From NCBI RefSeq assembly GCF_001194135.2, contig NC_068981.1, positions 132,002,502 to 132,040,692 on the forward strand: 38,191 nucleotides of DNA, given 5' to 3'. The notes under the pieces were generated by a model that saw nothing but the letters and a program-made list of their open reading frames with translations, ran no database searches and had not been told where the DNA came from. Shown in pieces: positions 11,601 to 22,394 of this stretch. Numbering within the stretch: the stretch's first letter is position 1; each line of letters starts with the position of its first letter. The position numbers and the translations under genes were made by a program. Source of the DNA: Octopus bimaculoides. Lineage: Eukaryota.

Positions 11601-14600
11601 AGCTCCCTTAGAGTGTCAGGAATGAATAGGCCAAAATGCTTGTTTGATGGGACTTCTTCCACTGAAGATTTCTCCTGCAGTCTGCTTGCCTCATAGCAAG
11701 TTTCCATTTACAATACTCAGACATTCTCTAAGTATTATTTTGTTGACTATGGGACAGTATATTGTACAAATCAGGGCAGCATACAAACTATGCAGCTATC
11801 ACTTGCTGGGTGACCCATATTACACGGTGCCTCCCATTCCATCATCTCAAATTAGATTGTGTAAATTGTTTCTGAATTTTGACTATTTCATCTCGAAAAG
11901 ATAATTCCTAAAGTCTTATTGTTTAAATTAGAATATTGCAAATAGTGTAGGTAGTCCAGTGAATTCCAAATAGGATAGTATAATATTATTATGTGGTAAC
12001 AATCAGTACATACTGAACAATACATTATAAGTGTATAAAACAATCAAGTAAAGTAAAAATTTATATAAAGAAAGGGTACTGTAGGGCAATAAATTACACT
12101 GCTAATATTTTTTTTCATTCCTTTCAGATTTTAAAATACATTGAGTCAATTATTGGCTCTAACATAATGGCAATGCACACCATGTTTATCAATAAACCAC
12201 CTGATTCAGGTATAGCTTATTAAAATCTTTTCCCTTTTAATTAGAAACAGAAGCAGTTCTGACAGTCTCATTCTACCTTATCCTCTTCTCCTGTTTTACA
12301 TGTATTTAGCATGTCTGTGATGGTTTGGTGTTTACAGCTTCTAATATTTGCATATTTTGGAATAATTGTTTCAACAACAGAAAGAACTTTCTGCTAATCA
12401 TTTAACTGTGAAGTATGAGTGACACTCATTGTCATGTTTTTCAGGGCGGATGAGGCAAACTAAATTAAGTTCCAATTCCCAAAAGCGAAACAACTGTTTG
12501 ATAGTAAAGTTTGACCTCACATCAGTAATTAAGAAACTCATCTCACAGACATTATATCTCTTTTCTTAAGGCGGTGAGCTGGCAGAAACGTTAGCACACC
12601 AGGCAAAATGCTTAGCGGTATTTCGTCTGCCTTTACATTCTGAGTTCAAATTCTGGCAAGGTCGACTTTGCCTTTCATCCTTTTGGGGTCGATAAATTAA
12701 GTACCAGTTGCATACTGGGGTCAATCTAATCGACTGGCCCCCTACCAAAAAATGACAGGCCTTGTGCCTAGAGTAGAAAAGATTATATCTCTTTTCTTGA
12801 ATTACTTTAAAAAAATCTTGGTGATTGATATGATGCAGGCATCTAAGAATTTGCCTAGATGTGTTGTAGCATCTTGCTCAGTGCCTTAATATATTAAACT
12901 CAAATCCTACTGGCAGTTGAGAAATAACCTCAATTTCATTAATATTTCAGTTTTTCACAGCTCTTAGTTCAAATGTTGCATGATTCTCTATTCTTTTTTA
13001 TTCTTCTTGGGTGTATAAAATTATCATCATCAGTTGTATACTGAGGTTGATCTATTTGACTCTACAATAGCTTATCCTTTACAAAATTCTTTGTATGCAC
13101 GGTAGGAAGAAAACATTATTTTAAATTAATAGGATTTAGTAGTTGTATGCTGTCAACTTAATGTGACAGTCCCCTGAAGGGAATAATACTAATGTTGGTT
13201 AAACCTAGGAAACTACACCGCTTCCTGTCAGCCTTGATACATTTCCTGTGTCCTTATGTTTACAAGGGGGAGACAAGCACCTCCACCCAGCTAAGCCTGC
13301 ATCCAGAGACATGTTTCTGAGTCTTTGCTCGTCATCAGGCTGGAGTAGCATGACCTGCTAGTCGAAGATGCCTGTCAAGCTCTTGTAAACATATAATAAT
13401 TCTAGTGAAATACATTCACTGATTTCAAATTTAGAAGGACACAGGAAATGTGTCAAGGCCGACAGGACGCGGTGTAGTTTCCTAGGTCTAACCAACAGTA
13501 GTATTATTCCCTTCAGGGGACTGTCACATTAAGTTTACAGCAAACAACTACTTCATCGTATCACTACTGCATAAATCTCTCTGAGAGATTTAGAAATGTA
13601 TTATTTCTAATAGGATTTAGGTAATGGTTGTTACAATGGTATAAGTCTTCACATTCATAAAGGATATATATGCTTGATTGTATCAACATCAATATATTGC
13701 TGGCATTTTTTTTATAAACCCCAGAATGACAAACGCTATCAGCTCATCCCATCAGTTATGTCTGAAATCTGATTTCCCTAAGTTAGATAACTTTTTTATT
13801 TTAAAATGCCTTATAATACCAGTACTTATTGCCATGGCCTTGTACTGTTGTCAAGTAGTGATTTATGTCATTACAGTCTGCATTAGACAATTCCATTACT
13901 GCTCTAACCCTCCTAAAGATGACTGTGTCCATGAAGCATTTAGGGCATTTAATAATTTTTTAGTTCAGAAATGACAGTAATGCAGCAGAACCAATCCAAG
14001 ATATAGCATTTATGGAAAATATTGCTTAAATGAAAGAAGATACTTTGAAAGCTTTAGGAAGAATAATTTCAGCTTAAAAGATGCCTTATGAATAGGTCGT
14101 CCTGTTCAGTTTGACAAAGACCTACCTTTGTTAGAACTTAATTGAAATAATGCTATTACAGTTGAAGAATTAGCACCAAAGCTGAATACAAGCCTTTCAA
14201 CAATTCCTAGGCATCTGTAATGGCTTGGAAAGGTGTCTAAACTAGTTCTCTATAATTTGACAGTAAAACAACTTTGCTGCACTTCTCTACACTCTTGGGA
14301 ATATGTATTGCTATTTTCAAACAGATTAGTGAGTGGTGAAGAAAAGTAGATCTTTTACAGGAATGTTAAGCAATGCAGACAATGGCTTAGTGAAGGTGAA
14401 GTGACTAAATTCTAACCTAAATGTGACCTCTCCATCCAAGAAAAGTTTTGGTTAATATTTAGTGGGATTATGTCAATATGATCCAGCTTGAGTTGCTACC
14501 AGTTAATAAAACAATTACACAGGACATTTCCTGTCAATAATTAGAATGTTTAAACATTACTTTAAAGGAAAAGGGACCAACTTTAATGATTTGCAAAGGA

Positions 14601-17600
14601 GTGGTGTGCCATCGTGATAATGCCTGGCCCATACAGTAAAGATCATGTTTGAAAAAAATTGTAAACTTCATCTGTGAAAAAATGCCACACTCTCCTTAAC
14701 AGAATTTTGTTCCATTTAATTACCATCTATTCTGAAGTTTACAGAATTAACTTGGTGAACCACTTAAAACATGTGAAGAAGTGGAAACAACCCTTTCTGC
14801 ATTTTTTTGTTTTTTTACAAAACCAAAAGAATTTTACACAAATGGTATGAAGAAGCATATAAACTACTGAAAGGAGGTCATTGATAATGATGGTAATTAT
14901 GTTAATGAATGAATATTAATAAAATATGAAATTTAGAGATTTTTTTTCTTACCTAATATTTGGAGATTACTTAAGGAGTAATCTGATATTTAGTGTGGCA
15001 CCTTTTTATTTCTACCACTTCACTGCATCTCTAAGGCTTAGTTAATAAGCAATTTTTGATTAAGTTAACTCAAAGGTTTTCATTCCAGGTTTAAAAACAA
15101 CAAGACATCCAATGCACCAAGATTTGCATTATTTCCCATTCAGACCACCTGAGAAAATTGTTTGCTCATGGACACCACTCATAAAGGTGAACAGAGAGAA
15201 TGGATGCTTAGTTGTTATTCCAGGCTCCCACAAACGGCTTTTGCAACCCCATGGATATCCTAATTGGGAGGTAGGCTCTTTTTCTCTAAGAAATACTTTT
15301 ATTCACTTTGAAATACAACTTTTCAGTGTCTTTTAAATTTGCATTTAAAGAAAAGAGAAAAAAGCTATGATTTTACTTGAGGCAGTTTGAATTGCTGGAA
15401 GTTAATGTTTGGAGGGGAAAAGAAGAAAAGAAGGTGTTTTAGAGGGATGTAGTCTTGTGGGGAACCACATCCTGCTAATACTTAATACTTGATTGAAGTG
15501 TAGCAAAATCCTTCTCATTATAGAAGTATTAAGTATGGACCTTGGTACTGTTGAATATATTATGATATGGTGTTAGTGGTATACAGTCAGTATGTCTGGA
15601 GGAACAGAGATTTTTTGTAGAAACAACATTTTTCAACAGACTGCAGATACAGTTTAATAATGAGCCAAACATTCCAGAAAGTGACTAAATATCCGATAAC
15701 TAATTGAGAATTTAAAGAAAAAACTATCCTTTAGTATTTGACACCAGAATACTGGAATATTTAGTTTGGTCACATTGTAGCAAATTATTTAATAATCAGA
15801 GCTTCAGTAATAATGGTAGTGCAGGGATGATAATTTTTTTGGATTGTATTCTTTTAAAATGTTTGTTAATGAATAGAGAAAGGGTTAGTTTCTAGAGATT
15901 TTTAGACTCTAGTAGGCGATAATAATCTATATTTAATTCAGTCACACTGTCAGATAAATACAATTCTTTGACAAAGAAGATATAATCATCATCATTATTG
16001 CTTTAACATCCACTTTTCAATGCTTGAAAAAAAGAAAGAGCTTGATAACTTGATTGATAATGTTCTTTTGCAGTTTGTTGATTAAATGTACATAAAGCAA
16101 CATAGCCAAGAATCCAGTATACCAGAGCCATGATGACTAAAACAAACTAGAATATGTTTGTGTTTTATTGCATATTAAATACTTAGTTTTTCATTTGTTA
16201 AATCTGTGAATGGTAAGAAAAGTTACCCTTGTGTTAAGATTTGAATGTATAAATGCAAGTACCTTTGTTACTTTAATATTCCATTCATCCAGCTAAATGT
16301 ATATGTTAATATTATATGTTAACCTTTTTGTTTTGTTTGTTAAAATTCTTTTGAACCAGAATGGTGTGAACAAAATGTACCATGGTATTTTGAACTATAC
16401 TGTAGAAAATAACAAAATACACTTGGATATGGAACCAGGGGACACTGTGTTCTTTCATCCATTACTCTTCCATGGGTCTGGACAGAACAGAACAAGTCAT
16501 TTTAGAAAGGTACAGTAACTTTATTGCTTTCCCTTACTATCATTTACCCTTCCAACATATCCAACTAAATTTGTTTGATTAATTTCTTGAGTATCTATTC
16601 TGGTAGCTTGTAAACTAGTGAAGATTGGAAGTCAAAATATTTTTCATCAATGATTACTAAGCAAGATATAATAAAATTACTTTTCATTTCACTTTTTGAA
16701 ATTTTACCTTTCTAGTAAGTTATTTAGATATTAAGTATGTAGCTGACTCAATTTGATAATGTGTGCTGATCAAAATACATGCTTTTACATGAACAACAAA
16801 ATCAGTCACACACAAAAATTTCGATAAAAAATAAAAATATACTTACATCCATAATTACATATCAATAAAATTTCTTTAGCATATTACTGACTGTAATTGT
16901 TAAAAATGTAAAATACATTCATATATTGATCATGAATGTAAAGAAAAATTTCCTTTGTTAACCTTCTGATCAAAACTTTCTTTCTTTGTCATATATGGAA
17001 TGGGAAAGGTAATGCAGTTTCAGAGTCAGTAGAAGCAAGCCAACACATGAAGCCAACACATTCATAACATTACCATGGGCAATGGCAAAGTTAAGGTGTT
17101 GGAACAGCCAAACACCCTCATGGTGTCACCTGACACTGTGATATGGTGAGTCACCATCAACGATGAGAACTTCACTGAGCCCAGCCACCTCGCAAACATC
17201 TCTAACGCCACACGTTGGAAGAAATAGTTCACTGACAAGTCCCAATACTTAAGGATTTTATTCTGTTCAGCTACAGAAGCAGTGACCCTCTCATTTGCTG
17301 CAGCATCTAGGATGTGGGGAGGAGCATAAGAGTCACAGACTGTGATAACCCAGATGAAGCACTTACCTCTTACCTAGGAACAAAGGGTAAGACTATTTGG
17401 TTTCTTCTCATCACTTCTGGATAATCCTGCCAGCTCCAGAACTGAAGGGATATAAACTCAATCCAAAGCCCACTTAATGATTAAGTTTAGCTCAGTGCAA
17501 TGAGTGAAATGATCAGCATTTAGGCAGCAAGATAAACCATGAAGACCTGTGGAGTCAAGGGGCCTACCACAGCAACATCTGTCCCCAACAGATGTTGGCT

Positions 17601-20600
17601 CCCACTCTGAGTGCAAGGGAGATGAAAAGCTCATCCAGACTAAGTGAAGCACCAATATTGGTCACTGGTAGAGCATCAATCCAGCTCCTTGAGAATTTCA
17701 CACTAGCAGAAAGTAGGTGATACCTTGAAAATTGATCAGATTGATCAAAGAGAGAGTTGTAAGTAGTACCTAAGCACATATCATCTCAGACTCTTTGCTT
17801 CCATCTATCCTTAGCTTTATCAAGAACCAACAAACCCAGCTCTCTCCACTGTGACAGAGCTTCATCCAACTCCCTGTTGGAATTAGCCCATGTTGGAGAG
17901 GAGAGGATGTTGCTTACTGAAGAGGAGCAAGTATGGATGAAGGAAAGAAAACAGGGAAGAGATAGAGAAGAAGATCCCCAAACTGTTTGGGCAAAGCAGC
18001 CTGTTCATGGGCTCTGAAGAGAGTCTGGCAGTGACCAAACATTCGAGTTCCCTGAAGATTAGGTTGTCAAAGCATTGGAGAGATGACAAAAATCTACAAG
18101 AGGAACCAACTCTGAGAAAATACAATAACTTAGGAATTAACAAGTAATTCCTAAGTATAAAAAAACTTTGGTGGGGCTCAATTGCCTCGAGGCTTTTTAA
18201 TAGTTGCTTAAAGTTAGCCAACTTGGATCGAAAGATAGACTCGAAAGCTCAGTCAGTAATTGAGGCCCTAAGAGAGTATCAAACTGATGAGGGAGGAACT
18301 GCAATGGAGGGGAAGGAATCTGTAAATAGGTTTACATTCTGCTGATGTAAAGCTGGATGGTGGAGGAACCATAGCTCACATTTGGAACTGTTGATGCTAA
18401 GGCCCTTATGATCAAGTTCTTAAATCATTGTCCTCACAGTTGCAAGGACCTTACCAGGAGAGACCCCCAAACAAGCATCAAAATACCAGATATTCAAGTC
18501 AAGGTTGGCTCCCATCTTGGTAATATCATCAATACCCAGTGCAAGTAGAACAGGTCTGAGCAGGTTACTCTGTTGAACTCCAGAGGCAGATGGGATGAGG
18601 TGGTCACCAAAGGACAGGTAGGGAAGTACACTTTCAGATGAGAACATGTTGATGAACTGTGTTAGGTTTTCCAAGAGCTCAAGATTGGCATCACTAGCTA
18701 ACAAAGAGATACCATCTTTGAGATGCTGAGGTTGTAAGCATTCAATCCCAGCACCAGAACCTGCTGGAAAGGATGCAATCACCTTCCTGACATTGTAAAA
18801 AACCTGGTGGGTCAGGCCAGTGTAGGTAGTCAGCTGTTGGGGCCAGAGGATGTTTCTCCTTTAATCAATTGAGGGAATCTGTAGTGCACCACATGAGGGA
18901 GGTCAGGGATAAGAGTAGGCGAACAGCCCCTTTAATGTCAAATCTGCTGAATTTAGCATTAACGGTCTTCTTTAAGTTTGGTGAATGACCATTGTTTGGA
19001 GCTGTGCTAATCACCAACCTGAGATGAACAGTGGTTGGGGGTGGACTGAAACAGCTCAAACTGCCATTTTAAGGAAGATGTAAAGGATCCAGTACTTGTG
19101 TTTGACATGTAGAGAGAGACCAGAGGAAATAGGAACAGTTTCTGCCAATCTGAGGTGTTGTTGAATAGGCAGATGTTCTTCAACAGCTTGGAGAGAGCAT
19201 AGACAAAACAAGTGCAAAGTCCCTTAGGGATCTGGTTGACAAGCTTCAACTTGAACAAGCTCTGGAGAGTGGCAGCAAAATTCTCAACAGGGATCTGGAC
19301 ATCAGAGAAGGTTCTGCTCTACTAAATATGTTGGAACTGAAGTGGCATTGGTTGCATGTCCAGTTTCAAAAACTTTTGGCTTGAACCTTAATAATGCCTA
19401 CAGAGTTCTTATGATAACTTATACTACACAAGTGGCATTTGATGGTCTTCAAATAGTGACTTGTACAGGTGCAGAGAACATAACTTGGAGGTAAATTGAC
19501 AGCATCAGTGGGGTCAGCATTAAGATAAGAATTCATATGGGGAGAGGATGGCAGTGGGGGACGATTGGCGATGGATGTAGAGGAGGGAGCTGGATGAAGA
19601 GCATTAAATATAGCGGTGGGGCTCAGATGAGGAGCAGAAGACAATGCAGGTAGTCTAGTTACAGGAGTGGTGGGGTGAATAAAGGGAGGTTGGAGGCAGA
19701 TTAGCAATGGAGGTAGAGGAGGGAGCTGGGTGAAGAACATTAATACTGGTGGTGGGGCTCAGCTGCGGGGGNNNNNNNNNNNNNNNNNNNNNNNNNNNNN
19801 NNNNNNNNNNNNNNNNNNNNNNNNNNNNNNNNNNNNNNNNNNNNNNNNNNNNNNNNNNNNNNNNNNNNNNNNNNNNNNNNNNNNNNNNNNNNNNNNNNNG
19901 TGGGGGGGGGGGCAGGAGGCAACGACAGCAGGCTAGCTGTTACAGGAATGGTGGAGGGAATAAAGGGTTGAGCAAGACTAATTCTGGCAAAATCTGATGA
20001 TAGAAGAGGGAAGGAGGAGATAGGGGCATATGAGTTAACTCCGCTTGAATGTAATGAAGGAGATGGGGAGCAGGACGAAGGTATGTAGGATGTAACAAAA
20101 TTGTTTAGCCATGCTAGTCTCTTGGTCACTTGCCACATGACCCTAAAACTTATTTTATTTTATTCTTTTTCCTTCCTTTTAACCAACCATCAATGTTAAA
20201 TTTTACCAGGCCATCATGTAGCAGACGGGGCAGATGGGCAAGTAAGAGGAATGTATGGACCACATGGCAATAGGAAGTTGAGAGCGAATTGAAGCAGGAA
20301 AATGAATTCTGTATCTGCGAGGAAATGTGATTAAAATGTTGAAATGAGAGGTGTGTGTGTGCGTGTGTGTGTGTGTGCATGCATGCGTGTGCACATGCGT
20401 GCGTGTGTGCATGTGTGCGCAAGCATTTAAATCAGCACAAGTACACTATTAGAACAGTGGGGGTATTAAAAAAATGAAGAAAGAAATTGAAACTGAAGAA
20501 TATTGAGATGTACCAAAATTAAACAAAAATAAAAATTGCATGACTAGGTGAAGCACTGGGTGTTGAATTGATGATTTTTTTCTTTCTTCCTCTTTTTTAA

Positions 20601-22312
20601 TTTTGTCGCTTTTTTTCTTTCTTTGCTCATGTTTGTGCTGTCTTCAGTTTTGAATTTGCATTTTAATGTGGTTTTTGTATTACATATGTGTGGAGGCGCA
20701 ATGGCCCAGTGGTTAGGGCAGCGGACTCGTGGTCATAGGATCACGGTTTCAATTCCCAGATTGGGCGTTGTGAGTGTTTATTGAGCGAAAACACTTAAAA
20801 GCTCCACGAGGCTCCGGCAGCGGATGGTAGCGAACCCTGCTGTACTCTTCCACCACAACTTACTCTCACTCTTACTTCCTGTTGTGCCTGTAATTCAAAG
20901 GGTCAGCCTTGTCACACTGTGTCACGCTGAATATCCCCGAGAACTACGTTAAGGGTACACGCGTCAGTGGAGTGCTCAGCCACTTGCACGTTAATTTCAC
21001 AAGCAGGCTGTTCCATTGATCGGATCAACTGGAACCCTCGACGTCGTAAGCGACGGAGTGCCAACAACAACAGTATTACATATGTATCACATACATACAT
21101 GTTACATTCCAGTAAACATATTTCAAATATTAAAAAAAAAACGAAGCAAATAGTTGAAATGATTTCTAACATTGGCACAATAGCACAGATGTAGTTGGGA
21201 CAAGAGTAAAATTGAATAGTAGTAATAAACTGTTATCTATTATTTTCTTGACAGTCAATCAGTTGCCATTTCGCCAACTCCTGCTGCTACTATATAGATG
21301 TCAAAGGTACAACACATGAGAATATTGCAAAAGAGATAACTGATGTTGCCAGGCAAAAAATTACAAAATTGTTTGGTGAACAAGATGCACAAGACAAGGA
21401 AGTCTCAATACAGGTACACAGTGTTTTTCCTTATTATGAAATTGACACACTACCTAGTTTGCTACATTTTAATTACGTTTCACCATCGTCATCAGTGTTC
21501 ATTATTTACATTTGACAGATATTTATCCTCATCTTGTTTGTTGTTAACACAACGTTTCGGATGATATATCCTCCAGCCTTCATCAGGTGTCTTGGGGGAA
21601 ATTTCGAACCTGGGTTCTCATTCCTAAGATATTTTTCGATGCTAATTCAGGCCATATGCTCATGGGCAATTATGGAGTGAATTTTAGGGCTTATAAATGT
21701 AATATTTTCCTATCCTTTCTTAATATCGGTTCCCATATGCTACTCATATCTGCACTCGGTCTACTTAGGAGGCTGTTGCATCCTAGCATATGTGCTGCTT
21801 CTTTTAGTTTTCGTATTTCCAGTGGCGTTCTCTATCTATTATTTTAACTTCATCCCACAAAGATCTTGGAAATCTGCCAGCCCAATGGTTTCCCTTCGTG
21901 GCAGAATTAATAGTCAAGACTATTCAAGCATTTTATCTGATCAAATTCATTCTATTGTTGTGGAACTGTTTCCGGAAGAAAACGCAATCTTTCAGGATGA
22001 TAATGTACCAATTCACACAGCTAAAGTTGCTACTGAATGGCACGAGGAACATTCTAGTGAAGTTGAACATCTTATCTGGCCACCACAGATCTCAATATTA
22101 TTGAACATTTATGGTGCATTTTAGAAAAATAAATAAGGAGTCGATATCCTCTACTATCATCACTACAAGAACTGGAGACTGTTTTTGCTGAAGAATGGAC
22201 AAAAATTCCTTTGGAAATAATTCAAGCTGTAATTACTGCCAAAGGTGGTCCTGCCCAATATTAAAATAAATTTGTTTGAAATTTTAAGGTGTTTCCATTA
22301 TTTTGACAAACT

Positions 22313-22394
<82 letters not shown>

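Noticed and set aside
20692-20770. tRNA gene
   Set aside because: It is the head of a SINE with body, tail and target-site duplication; the cloverleaf is incomplete. The same applies to the copy at 33678.
21474-21498. Minus-strand CTGATGA-CGATGGT-GAAACGT, a hammerhead-like core next to the real one
   Set aside because: No stem II or stem I pairing, and it overlaps a (CAT)n-like tract.
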